Assembly: GCA_963749495.1 (NCBI GenBank)
Contig: CAVVMW010000023.1
Span: forward strand, 512,001-576,000
Length of the DNA: 64,000 nucleotides
Source of the DNA: an uncultured bacterium
GTDB taxonomy: Bacteria; Verrucomicrobiota; Verrucomicrobiia; Limisphaerales; UBA8199
Direction: 5' to 3'
Each line of letters opens with the position of its first letter. Positions within the stretch are counted from its first letter, which is position 1. Of this stretch, positions 21,546 to 31,789 are shown piece by piece. A model generated the notes under the pieces. The model did not search any database. It worked only from the letters and a program-made list of their open reading frames with translations, and was not told the origin of the DNA. A program made the translations under genes and the position numbers.

Positions 21546-23278
21546 ACCGACCCTCCCAGCACCAATCCCAGCGAAATCCATTGCCAGACGTAGAAGCTGT
21601 TGTCGCCTTCCCCCGAGCAGTACCGTTGCCATTCGGCGCGGACGGCCTCCGCTTGCAGCCAGTCCCGGCCAGGACCGGCCAGGGCGGACTCGATGCAGTC
21701 GCCGGCCCATGGCCGCAAGGGGCCCCGGAGCCACTCCCGCTGGGGCGTCTGGATCGGGCGCTTGGGCGCCTGGCGCAGTTCGGGGGGCAGGATGCCGGCG
21801 GCTATCTGCCGTGGCAGGCGCTTGCCCTGGCCGTCGCGCCACTTGCGCTCGGCGGGCTGGCGCAGACCCAACTCGACGATGCGGTGGTCCAGGAAGGGTT
21901 CTCGCAGTTCGCGCGCGCACATCATCGAGACCCGATCGGCAAAACGCATGGCCCGGGGCAGTTTGGCGAACCGGATGTCCCGGTACTGCAGGGCCAGCAA
22001 CGGGTCGGGTGTGGCGCAACGCAACTCCAGTTTCGGCGCCAGGGCGGCGAAGCCGGGCGCCAGGCAGCCTGGGCGAGTGGCCGCGGTTTTGGAACCTTGC
22101 ACGGGGGCCCTGCTGGCATCCAGGCTGGCGGCACGCCCGTAGTATTCATAGCCGGCCCAGGCCTCGTCCAGGCCGTTGCCATCCAACAGGACAACCACTC
22201 CTTCAGCCCGGGCGCGTTGGTGGACCTTGGCCATGCCGAGGGTCGGCAGGCCGCCATACGGTTCGTCCTGGAAGGACTGCACGCGGGCGGCCAGAGCGGG
22301 GACCTCCTCCGCTGTGAGCCGGCAGAACAGGGCCTGGTGCCGCGTGCGAGCCACCAGCCTCTCCACCCAAGGCACCTCGTCGTAAGCGGGGTCTCCACAA
22401 TAAAAGGTGAACGATTTCAGGGCGTAATCGGGCGCCTGAACACGATTGATCAAACCCAGCAGCAGCGATGAATCCAGGCCGCCCGACAGACAGACCCCAA
22501 CCGGCACGTCGGAGCGAAAGCGCAGCTTGACGCTCTCCTCCATGAGCGCCAGCAATTCCTCGGCCACCGCCGGCTCCGGGCGGGTGTCCGGTCCGGCCTC
22601 CACCGCCCGCTCTGCAGGGTCGTACCACCGTTGCTCGATGAACCCCTCCGCCGGCGACCAGGTGAACGAGCCGCCGGGGCGGATGCATCGAATATCCGCC
22701 CAGAAGGTCGCCTCGCCATGCTCGTGCATCCCCGAACCGAGGTAAGCCGACCAGGTCCGCGGCTCGGGCAGGCGCGGCAGTCCCGCCGCGTGCAGGGCCT
22801 TGATCTCGCTGGCAACCCACAGGCCCCCCCCGGCTCTCAGGTTGTAGTACATCGGCTTGACACCGAAGCGATCGCGCGCGCCGAAGAGCCGTTGTTCCTC
22901 CTCGTCCCAAACCAGGAAGGCGAACATGCCGATGAACTTGTGCAGGCACAGGGGGCCCCATTTCAAATAGGCCGCCAGCAGCACTTCGGTGTCGGTGCGC
23001 GTCCGGAACGTGTAGCCGGCTTCCAACTCCGCTCGCAACTCCAGGTAATTGTAGATCTCGCCATTAAAGGCTATCCAGTGCCGGCCACGGGGATCGGACA
23101 TCGGCTGGCGCCCGGCCTCGGATAGATCGATGATGCTCAGCCGGTTGTGCCCAAGGCCCGCCATGGCCGAGACAAACAGGCCCTCCGCGTCCGGTCCGCG
23201 GTGCCGCTGGCTGCCGACCATCGCCTCCAGTTCCGCCCGAGACCAGCCTGGGCCAAACGCTCCGGAGATGCCACACAT
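21542..23278 (-). CDS. asnB: Asparagine synthase (glutamine-hydrolysing)-family amidotransferase
   Basis: MCGISG, HRGPD, FNGEIYNY, RDRFGVKP, LSGGLDSS. Confidence 0.95.
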   Translation of the reverse strand: MCGISGAFGPGWSRAELEAMVGSQRHRGPDAEGLFVSAMAGLGHNRLSIIDLSEAGRQPMSDPRGRHWIAFNGEIYNYLELRAELEAGYTFRTRTDTEVLLAAYLKWGPLCLHKFIGMFAFLVWDEEEQRLFGARDRFGVKPMYYNLRAGGGLWVASEIKALHAAGLPRLPEPRTWSAYLGSGMHEHGEATFWADIRCIRPGGSFTWSPAEGFIEQRWYDPAERAVEAGPDTRPEPAVAEELLALMEESVKLRFRSDVPVGVCLSGGLDSSLLLGLINRVQAPDYALKSFTFYCGDPAYDEVPWVERLVARTRHQALFCRLTAEEVPALAARVQSFQDEPYGGLPTLGMAKVHQRARAEGVVVLLDGNGLDEAWAGYEYYGRAASLDASRAPVQGSKTAATRPGCLAPGFAALAPKLELRCATPDPLLALQYRDIRFAKLPRAMRFADRVSMMCARELREPFLDHRIVELGLRQPAERKWRDGQGKRLPRQIAAGILPPELRQAPKRPIQTPQREWLRGPLRPWAGDCIESALAGPGRDWLQAEAVRAEWQRYCSGEGDNSFYVWQWISLGLVLGGSV

Positions 23279-23286
23279 GGGCAACG

Positions 23287-23403
23287 CTAAGTCGAACCAC
23301 CCAACATTGACACAAACTTCTAAGCCTTTGTCGCGGCCTTTGTCGCAGCCTTTGTCGAGAAATGGCGCATTCGACAAAGGCCGCGACAAAGGTTGCGACA
23401 AAG
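23287..23403. repeat. Family A palindromic element
   Basis: CTAAGTCGAAC..CCTTTGTCG x3 / CGACAAAG x3. Confidence 0.9.
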
Positions 23404-23456
23404 TTTTGCTGTCGCCGGATTATTGTCCCCGTTGTCTGTTGGCCGGCGGCAGGGCA

Positions 23457-24185
23457 TCATGCCGGAGCCGTCCGCCTCCCCAGCAACTCCTCGGCGTGTC
23501 TCCAATCCTCCAGCGTATCCAGATTGACCGAGCCTGATGGGTCAATCAGCAAGCCGGCCAGCCTGGAGCCGTAAAGGCTGTTGCGCTGCACCAACACGTC
23601 GCGGCGCGTCACATAAACCGAGCCCTCCCGGCGAAAGGCCTCAGGAAGGTCCTGCCGGCGGGGGATCGGGTCCGGCTCCCCGGTGCTCAGCCCGAAAAAG
23701 CCGTCTTCGCCCCGGAAGTAAACCCAGTGAGGATTGTATTGAGGGGGGACCGGCACGAGCGTCACCACGCTGTCCGCCTTCGCCTGGAAGAGCAAATCAA
23801 TGCAGGCGTCGATGTCCTCGGAGCGCCGGAACGGGCAGGTGGGCTGGAGGAGGCAGATGGCGTCGAAGCGCTGCCCGGCAGCCTCGATCGCCCTCACGGC
23901 GTGCTGCAGTACCGGCAAGGCCGGTGTGTCATCGCCCGCCAGTTCCGCCGGGCGCAGGAACGGCACGTCCAGGCCGCAACGGCGGCCCACCTCGGCAATC
24001 TCGGCGTCTTCGGTGCTCAGCACCACGCGGGTGAGCCGCCTGGCCGCCAGGGCCGATTCGGCGGTGTACTGCAGCAGCGGTTTTCCCGCCAGCAACCGGA
24101 TGTTCTTGCGCGGAATGCCCTTCGATCCGCCGCGGGCTGTGATGAGGCCAAGAACTTTGAGGCGGCCCGCCACGTACCTCGTCAC
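23457..24185 (-). CDS. neuA: Acylneuraminate cytidylyltransferase
   Basis: ARGGSKGIPRKN, LQPTCPFR. Confidence 0.93.
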   Translation of the reverse strand: MTRYVAGRLKVLGLITARGGSKGIPRKNIRLLAGKPLLQYTAESALAARRLTRVVLSTEDAEIAEVGRRCGLDVPFLRPAELAGDDTPALPVLQHAVRAIEAAGQRFDAICLLQPTCPFRRSEDIDACIDLLFQAKADSVVTLVPVPPQYNPHWVYFRGEDGFFGLSTGEPDPIPRRQDLPEAFRREGSVYVTRRDVLVQRNSLYGSRLAGLLIDPSGSVNLDTLEDWRHAEELLGRRTAPA

Positions 24186-24209
24186 ATCCGACGGCCTCCG
24201 ATAAGGGAT

Positions 24210-24236
24210 TCATTTTGGATTCGCCCGGTGCCTCAC
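24210..24236 (-). pseudogene. Eight-codon stub of a putative RelE/ParE-like toxin gene
   Basis: GTG start overlaps upstream stop; reads MRHRANPK*. Confidence 0.4.
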
Positions 24237-24433
24237 AAGTCCGTGCAACGGCCTTCGCTCAGGTCGCGCACGGCCTCATCCCCCAGGGCATCAAGGCGGC
24301 CGGCGGCGACGTCCGCTTCGAACTGCCGGTCCCAGGCCCCGGCGTCAAAATCTGCGAACCAATCCCGAAACGCCGAGAGGTCTTCGCGTGAAAGCCGGGC
24401 AACTGCGGACTCGATTTCTCTGACCGAACTCAT
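24233..24433 (-). CDS. Small antitoxin-like protein
   Basis: MSSVREIESAVARLSREDLSAFRDWF..WDRQFEADVAAGRLDAL, a pattern typical of small TA-associated proteins. Confidence 0.75.
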   Translation of the reverse strand: MSSVREIESAVARLSREDLSAFRDWFADFDAGAWDRQFEADVAAGRLDALGDEAVRDLSEGRCTDL

Positions 24434-24469
24434 GTCTCAACCGGAATCTGCCAGTATTCGATGAATTGT

Positions 24470-25666
24470 TCAACCGTTTCTCTCATCCACGAAATGGAGA
24501 CGTTTCTGGATATAGGGATCCAATCCCGCCAGGGCCTTGGCGATGTGCTCGGAGACCTGGCCGTTCCCATAGAGCCCGCTGGGAGGGTAGCGGCCATGAG
24601 CGAGTTGGAGCCGCATGGTCTTGAGGATGTCGTCCCGGGCAGGCCGCGCCCGGGTGACGTGGTCGCCGGTCTCGCGGCCGTTCTGGCGGTCGCCGACCAG
24701 CACGACGGGGGTCCCGAAATAGCCGGCGTCGCGCACGAAGCTCGAGGAGTTGCCCACGGCGCAGGCGGAGTTGGCCAGGACCTTGAGATAATCCTCGGGG
24801 GCCAGGTTGATGAGGGTGCGCAGCCAGGAGGGCTTGACCCGGTCGCGGAAGGAGCGGATGGCCTTGCTGACATGATCGGCGCCAGCGTCGATATTGGGCC
24901 AGAGCAGGACGGTTTGCTCGCGAAGGACGCCCAAGGCCTCCAGGAGGGCATCCATCTGGGCGCGCTCGCCGCCGAATTCGGTGGTGGTGGGATGGAAGAT
25001 GACCAGCAAGAAAGGGCGGTGGGGGTTGATAATGGCGCCGCTGCCCTGGCTGTGGAGCAGTTCGGGAGCCAGCGCGCGATCCAGGCTCCGGGCGATGTCG
25101 CTGGAGGGGCAGCCAACGCCCAGGATCGAGTCGGGCCTCTCGCCCATCCGCAACAGGTAGTCGGCCGAGCGCCGGGTGCTGGGGAAATGGAAGTGGGCGA
25201 ATTTGCTGATGGCGTGGCGGGCGCTCTCATCGATGGAACCGGAGACCTCGCCACCCTGGATATGAGCGATGCAGATGTTCATATAGGCGGCGGCGATTGC
25301 GGCCGCCAGGGCCTCGTAACGATCCCCGATGAGCAGGACCACGTCCGGCCTGAGCCGCTGAAACTCACCGGCGAACTCGACAATGCCGAAGCCGACGGAC
25401 TTGGCCATGGTAGCGGGAGTGGACCCTTCCAGTTCGAGGTAGATCTCGCTGTCCACACGGAACCCGTCCCGGCGAACGAGCTGGACGGGCTGGCCGAAGC
25501 GCTCCAGGACCATGGTGCCTGCGGCCACGACCTGGAGCTGCAGGGCCGGGTGGGCGGCCAGAGCGGCCATGACCGGCTTGAGCCGGCCGTAATTCGCCCG
25601 GTCCACCAGGACGACGCAGATTTTTCTTCGCGGGCCGCGGCCCGGGTTTTGGTTGGAGTTATTCAA
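24470..25666 (-). CDS. neuC: UDP-GlcNAc 2-epimerase (hydrolysing)
   Basis: RANYG, GDRYE, HIQGGEVSGSIDE, GNSSS, GDRQ. Confidence 0.92.
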   Translation of the reverse strand: MNNSNQNPGRGPRRKICVVLVDRANYGRLKPVMAALAAHPALQLQVVAAGTMVLERFGQPVQLVRRDGFRVDSEIYLELEGSTPATMAKSVGFGIVEFAGEFQRLRPDVVLLIGDRYEALAAAIAAAYMNICIAHIQGGEVSGSIDESARHAISKFAHFHFPSTRRSADYLLRMGERPDSILGVGCPSSDIARSLDRALAPELLHSQGSGAIINPHRPFLLVIFHPTTTEFGGERAQMDALLEALGVLREQTVLLWPNIDAGADHVSKAIRSFRDRVKPSWLRTLINLAPEDYLKVLANSACAVGNSSSFVRDAGYFGTPVVLVGDRQNGRETGDHVTRARPARDDILKTMRLQLAHGRYPPSGLYGNGQVSEHIAKALAGLDPYIQKRLHFVDERNG

Positions 25667-26698
25667 GGTCTTCCTCCGCGATGAGGGCGCCGGCGGCCAC
25701 CGGGCGCCGCAATGTGCGGCCCAGGAGTTGCGGCAGCCGCTCGGGGGGCAACCCGCTTCCCGGTTTGCGCAAGCACAGATGCTCTTGCCGGAGGCGTGTG
25801 CCGGCCGGCAGGTCCGTGGCGGCCAGGATGCTCTTGGTGAACAGGCTGCGCATGGGCGCCAACTCCTGCGCCTGGAGGTCTTTATCGAGCGGGTGTTCCA
25901 GGGCGGCCCGGATGAACCGCACCCCTGCGGCCAGTTGGCCCAGCTCGGCCGTGGTCAGGGAAACCGCCGCATCCGGGCCGAAGGCCTCGCGGCTCAAGGT
26001 CACATGGACCTCGATGAGGTCGGCGCCCAGAGCGGCGGCGGCAAGGCCGGCATGGATAGTGCCCGAGTGGTCCGAGAGCCCCGTCTTGCAGCCGTAGCGC
26101 CCCTTGATGGCGGCCAGCAGGTTCAGACCCAGCTTCTCCGGCGGCGCCGGATACACCGAGGTGCATTGCAGCACGGTCAAATCGAGCCCGGCGCCCTGCA
26201 CACGCTTAACGGCGCCATCCAGTTCCGCCCAAGGACTCATCCCGCTGGAGAGGATCATCGGGCGGCCCGCCGCCAGCATCCGCTCCAACATCGGGATGTG
26301 CGACAGTTCGCCCGAGGCCACCTTCCACGCGGCCACGCCCACGCGCTCCAGCAACTCGACGGCCTCGATTGAAAAAGGCGTACTCAGGAAGAGCAACCGG
26401 CGGTCCTGCGCGTGCCGCTTCAGCCCGTGCCACTGGGCCTCGGTGAACTCCATCCGCTTCCAGGTACCTGGAAACGAGTCTCGTCCTGCCAACGGAACTT
26501 AACCCGCCAGGGCTCGGACGCCGAGCTCTCGGCCGCGGCGATGTGGGTTTGGAATTTGACCGCGTCGGCCCCGGCGTTGGCGATGGCATCAATGAAGGCA
26601 TGGGCCATGCCCAGCGAACCGTCGTGGGCCTGGGCGACTTCCCCAACGACCAGGCAGCGGCCGGGGGCAGCGAGCGGGGAACAAACCGGGGAGCTCAT
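25659..26698 (-). CDS. neuB: N-acetylneuraminate synthase family (frameshift near 26465)
   Basis: GEVAQAHDG, ADAVKFQ, KVASGE, GLSDHS, C-terminal SAF domain. Confidence 0.92.
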
Positions 26699-26707
26699 GA
26701 AGCTGCT

Positions 26708-28393
26708 CTAATGTCCCTTATGTCCCTTGTGTCGCTTATGTCCCTTTTGTCCCTTAAGCGGCACAAGGGACACAAGGGACAAAGGGGACATAAGGGACGC
26801 AGAATGGTTGCCAGGGGTGCTGGTCAAGGGTTTGGGTTCTTCGATAACGATCCACTCGGGCAGGAGCCTTCGGAGTTGGGCTTCGGCCGCTTCCGGGCCT
26901 GGGCAACCCATGACAACGACCTCGAGGGTCTGCTGGCCCAGCCACCGCCGGCCCTTGAGCACCGATTGGAGCCGGTCTGCCGCTTTGGAGGCGCCCATCC
27001 CGGCCTGCTTGTCCGCGCCGTCTTCCCATTGACAGAAGAAGACATACAGGCGCTGCCCCTTGGCCTGGCAAGTGTATTTGCGGAAGGGCAGTTCGAGGCG
27101 GCCGGCCCGGACCCGGACCAGGCTCGAACCGCCCAACTGCTCGAATCCGGCAGCCGGCAGGCAAACTTCCGGCCGGTGCAGCCGGGCATGGATGACTGAC
27201 TGCACGGACCTGGGCTTCCAGCGGAAGAAATTGACCGACCACAACCAACCATCCTCCTCCCGCCAGCGCCCGGTGGCGCAGGCATCGTAGGCGAGCATTC
27301 TGACGGTGCGGGGCGCCAACTCGATCTTCTCGAAAGCCGGCCGGGTATCCGGCAGGCGGACCGACCAGTGGAACAGCCCGGCCTGGTCGATTTGATGGGC
27401 CCGGTACCAGGCCTCCGTCAGCGCGAGGATGCCGATCATCCAGCAGCCCAGCGTGGCAAAATAGCGCCGCGGCATCACCCAATCCGGGGCGCGCCCGGCC
27501 TGTCCGCTGCCGGCGGGAGCCGTGCCGCAATGCGCCCTCCGGCGTCTGCGCGCGAGCAGCCCGGCCGTGGCCCAGAGGCAAAGAAACGAGGCCAGGAAGA
27601 TCGTGAACCCGGCCGTATCGTGCCACTTCCGCAGCGCCTCCAGGCCCGCCGTCGAGGCGCGCCAGGTCAGAGCCAGCGTCCGGACCACGTTGAACAAGAA
27701 CGCCAGCCCGACGCCGCCGGCGATGAACAGCACCCGGACCGGCCAGCCCATCCTGTAGAGTTCGCCCATGAACAACGCACCCATAAGGGTGGACTGAAAG
27801 GAACGAATCCCGCTGCAGGCCTCGTCGATGCCAACCACCCCGGAGCCGACCTGGATCAGGTTGCCCGCCTGCTCGACGGGGATATTCACCCAGTCCAGCG
27901 CTTCCACAGTCAGGGCCGCAACGACCTTCATCAGCCCCTGGGTCAGCCCGTGCTCAATGCGGTAGGGCCAGGGCACCGCCACCAGGATGAAGCAAATCGG
28001 AAATGCAAAGTGAATCACCCAGGCCCGCCCGCCCATCCGGCACACCCCGTAGAGGGTAAGGCCAACGACCGCCAGCGCCGCCATCCACGCCGGCAACGGC
28101 CAGTCGGCGTTGATCTCGTAAACGACGCGGATGGGCAACAGGGCCAGGGCCAGCAGCGCCGCCAGCGCCAACAGCCAAGGCGAGTCCGGCGCCTGCCCGG
28201 GGGCTGGCCGGCTCATCCACCTGCGCCAAAAAAGGCCCAGGCCCAGCACCGGCACAAACCAACCGTAGGCATACTGCTCGCTGGCCGACCATTGAAAACT
28301 GAGCTGCCGAATCAGGTCCAGCCAAACCACCCCAAACAGGGCCACGGGGAGCCAGGCCTTGAGCTTGATTCTGCTTGCGGGAGGATCCACCAA
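26708..28393 (-). CDS. Exosortase with C-terminal EpsI-like domain
   Basis: Multi-TM; EACSGIRS (catalytic Cys), NVVR, KWHD, HRPEVCL; C-terminus built from 9-mer repeats. Confidence 0.88.
   Translation of the reverse strand: MVDPPASRIKLKAWLPVALFGVVWLDLIRQLSFQWSASEQYAYGWFVPVLGLGLFWRRWMSRPAPGQAPDSPWLLALAALLALALLPIRVVYEINADWPLPAWMAALAVVGLTLYGVCRMGGRAWVIHFAFPICFILVAVPWPYRIEHGLTQGLMKVVAALTVEALDWVNIPVEQAGNLIQVGSGVVGIDEACSGIRSFQSTLMGALFMGELYRMGWPVRVLFIAGGVGLAFLFNVVRTLALTWRASTAGLEALRKWHDTAGFTIFLASFLCLWATAGLLARRRRRAHCGTAPAGSGQAGRAPDWVMPRRYFATLGCWMIGILALTEAWYRAHQIDQAGLFHWSVRLPDTRPAFEKIELAPRTVRMLAYDACATGRWREEDGWLWSVNFFRWKPRSVQSVIHARLHRPEVCLPAAGFEQLGGSSLVRVRAGRLELPFRKYTCQAKGQRLYVFFCQWEDGADKQAGMGASKAADRLQSVLKGRRWLGQQTLEVVVMGCPGPEAAEAQLRRLLPEWIVIEEPKPLTSTPGNHSASLMSPLSLVSLVPLKGQKGHKRHKGHKGH
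26710..26799. repeat. Inverted 9-mer arrays (TGTCCCTTx / xAAGGGACA)
   Basis: Translated as SLMSPLSLVSLVPLKGQKGHKRHKGHKGH; also at ~5746-5790 and ~44155-44180. Confidence 0.85.
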
Positions 28394-28603
28394 AGGGCCG
28401 TCAACGGCGCCGACACTCCGTGCCGGTCAATTCGCACCCGTGCTTTCGCACCGGCCGCGATCTACTCGACATGGGGGGCTGGATTTCTGCCATCGTCACG
28501 CCGCCCCAGGATTCATTGAAGCGAGCGTGTTGCCGACAACCAAGTGCCTGCGAAGCAAATTCCGATCCACCATAGGGTAGTCCGCGTGTCCCGACACTGC
28601 CCT

Positions 28604-28714
28604 CGGAGCGCGCCCGTCCTGGGGCGCAGCGGCGACGGAGCGGACAGGCGCGCCGGAGTGGTTGACCGCTGCCCTGGCTGTGGACGTTGCTGCGCCCGAG
28701 GACGGGCGCACTCC
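28604..28714. repeat. Palindromic element (family D)
   Basis: GGAGCGCGCCCGTCCTGGGGCGCAGC..GCTGCGCCCGAGGACGGGCGCACTCC. Confidence 0.85.
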
Positions 28715-28769
28715 CATCTCGCCGCAGCCGGTGGGGGCGGCGTCGGGATACACCGTGTGGGAGCAGGCC

Positions 28770-31002
28770 TCAGGTTCGAGCATGGTATTTTGAGTGGGTA
28801 TAATAGTAGTAGGAGCGGGCCCTGGCATCGGTGCGATTGAAGACCAGGCCCAGGATCCTGGCCTGGCGCTGGTAGAGCAAGTCGAGGGCCTCGCGGACCT
28901 GGCTGAAGCGCGAGAAGCCATTGCGCACGACCAGGAGCGTGCCGTCCACCTTGGGGGCGAGGGTGGTGACATCGTCGGCGGCGAACACCGGGCAGGAGTC
29001 GATGAGGACATAATCGAATTGCTCGCGCAAGCGGGCGAGGATCTGGTCCAGGGCGGGGCTCAGGAGCAGGTCGCCCGGGTTCCTCACGTCGCCCCCGCGC
29101 GCCAGGAACGAGAGATTGGGCAGGAGATGGGAGCGGAGCAACTGGGGCTGAGCGGAGTCCGGGGACGCGGGCGGGGCGCTTCGAAGCGGTCCGCCGCTGG
29201 GGGGCGATGCCTCGGACTGGATGGCCCCGGCCAGGGTGTCGGGCTGATGGAGCACCTCGGCCAGCCCCGGCAGCCGTTCCATGCCCAGGGTCTTGTGGAG
29301 GGCGCCGCAGCGCAGGTCCGCGTCCATCAGCAAGACCTGCGCGCCGCCCATGGCCAGGGTGCGGGCGAGGTTGGCGGCGATGGTGGATTTGCCTTCCTCG
29401 GCCGTGGCGCTGGTGATGAGCAGGGTGTGGGGATGCTCCTCCCGAATGGGGGTCAGGAAGAGCAGGGCCGAACGCAGATTGCGGTAGGATTCGGCGTAGG
29501 TCTGGCGTTGGTCCTCGATCTCGAGCAAGGGGATGCGCCCTTCGCCGTAAGCGGAGGCGACCTCCGGCACCTGCCCGACGATCCGTTCCTGGAGCTGCCG
29601 CTTGACCTCGGCCACCGAATTGAACCGGTCGTCCCGCACCGCCACCACAAAGACTATGCCCAGACCCGCGGCCAGGCCGGCCAGGGCCGCCAGCGTCATC
29701 AGGAGAATCTCCTGCCGGTGCGAGCACTGGGCCGGGCAGGCATGCTCCAGAATCGTCAGGGCCTCCTGCTCGACGCTGCTGCCCATCTCGGCCCGGCGCA
29801 GGAGCTGCCGGGTCTGCTCATAAACGGTTTGCGCGCTGTCGGCCTCGCGCTTGAGCTGCTCGGCCTTGGCCAGCAGCCTGCTCGCCGCGGTCACCCTCAG
29901 TTCGCACTTGGAAATCTCCGCCTGCACGTCATCGATCTTCATCTGGTTGGCCTTCAGGAGGGCGGCCTGCTGGTCCTCGTTCTGCTGGCGGAGCACGTCC
30001 ACAAGTCTTTGGGTTTGCTCGATTTGGCTATCCAGCTTGATCATCTTGGGGTGCTTGGGCCGCAGATAGACCGCGAGCCGGGCGCGCTCGCTCTTGAACA
30101 CCTCGAGCTGGCGCTGGGCGTTGAAGCGTTCCTGGGGCGGGATTTGCGTCGCGCCGGGCGTCGTCATGCCGGGCAGGTAGTCGCTCATCCCCATGGCCTG
30201 GTTGGTGAGCAGGCCATGGCTGGCGGCCCGTTCCAGGGCATTCGCCTCCAGTATCTTGCGTTCCAGTTGGTATTCCGAGAGCCGGCTCCTCAAATTGGCC
30301 AGGTGCACACCCGCCCCCTTGGCCTCCTCCTCCAGGACGGCCATCTCATTGGTGCTTTGGAAGGCGTTGAGGGCGCGCTCCTTTTCAATCTTCTCCGTTT
30401 CGTAGCTGCGGACCTGCTTGCTGATCGAGCCCTCGGCCGCCCCGGCGACGCTCTCATGGATGCTGCGCTTGTAGGCGAGGTACTCGTTCATGAGGGCCTC
30501 CAGGAATTGCTGGGTGTATCCGGGCGAGGGGCCCAGCGCGACCAGGTCGAAGACGGTCGATTTGGGGGTTTGGGTCACCTCGATCCTGACCTGGGACGGG
30601 TCGAACCTGGCGGCCAGGCCATTGGTGGCGGCGGACCTGAGGGCCTCTCCGGCCTGGGTGGAGATGTGTGTGCTGCGGAGCAACTCGGCCTCGGTGCCGA
30701 ACCAGCTCTCGGAGCTCCTTGGTGAATCCCACCTCGCCCATGAGCAGCTTTTCGGTCTCCCACATGCGCCCCTTGGAGACATAGACGGGCGGTTGCACCC
30801 AGACGTAGCTTCCCGCCGCCAGCAGGGCCAGCGACAGCGTGAGCAGCGGCACCCAGTAGTACCTGAGCAGGAACAGGAGGAATCGCTCGACAGGGATCGA
30901 AGAGAGGGCCGCGGGTTGCTCCTCGATGCTCATCCACGGCTCGTAGTCCGGCTCAGCCGGGGCCGGCTGCGGGGTCGTGGGCGCAGGCAGATGACTTTTC
31001 AT
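28770..31002 (-). CDS. wzc: Polysaccharide co-polymerase / BY tyrosine kinase (frameshift near 30712)
   Basis: Two TM segments flanking coiled coil; AESYRNLRS, EEGKST, DADLR, LIDS; C-terminal YYYY cluster. Confidence 0.9.
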
Positions 31003-31028
31003 GGCGCGTTCTCCATTGCGGAATGCCC

Positions 31029-31789
31029 CTACCAAACGTGGATTTTCTTCTGAGGACGATGATCAGGTCGCCGGGCTCCAGCGGCAGGTCGCGGTCCGTC
31101 CTGCCATGTTTCAAAATGTCGGCCCCGTTGAGGTCGAAGGTGCGCTCGTTGCCGCCGGGCTGGCTGGGTTTGCGAACGACCGTGAACTTCCGGTCGTTGG
31201 CATACTCGGTGAAGCCGCCCGCGCGCAGTATCGCCTTGCCGGCGGTCAGGACCTCATCACTGGGGATGTCCTGCGGCCCGGGCAAACGCACCGCCCCGGC
31301 CAGATAGACCTTGCCCCGGCTCCGGGTCATGACATCCAGGGCCACAATCACGGTGGCTTGGTAGTAGTATTCCTTCTCCAGCTCCGCCTTGATGGCCAGG
31401 CCCAGCCCTTTGCAGGTCCGATCCACCGCCGGGAACCGCCCGATATAAGGCAACTCCAGTTCCCCGGAGTCGGTCACGATGAGCGGCTTGGATTCCTCCT
31501 CATCCTCGACAATACGGAAGCTCAAGCGGTCGCCGATGGCCAGCTTGTGCTTCTCATCCAGCGCGTCCATGGTGTTGATGAGCGAGGCCTTCAGGAGCTT
31601 CGGCCCCTCAGTGGCCTCGGGGAGCCAGGCGGCGGCGGCGGGCGGCGGCGTGGCCGCGGACGTGGCGTTGGTCGGTTGGACTGGCGGCTGCGCGCCCCGG
31701 CAACAGACCGCCATGGCCAGCCAAACGGCCAGCCAGAGCGGGTTGCGCCAGCCGCCACGCGGTGCAGAGGTTCCCATTTGCGTCTTCAT
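31029..31789 (-). CDS. Polysaccharide export protein (Wza/SLBB family); +1 base near 31053 gives IIVPQKKIHVW*
   Basis: Signal peptide, LAIGD, GELELPYIG, GAVRLPG, AGGFT, LEPGDLI. Confidence 0.85.
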
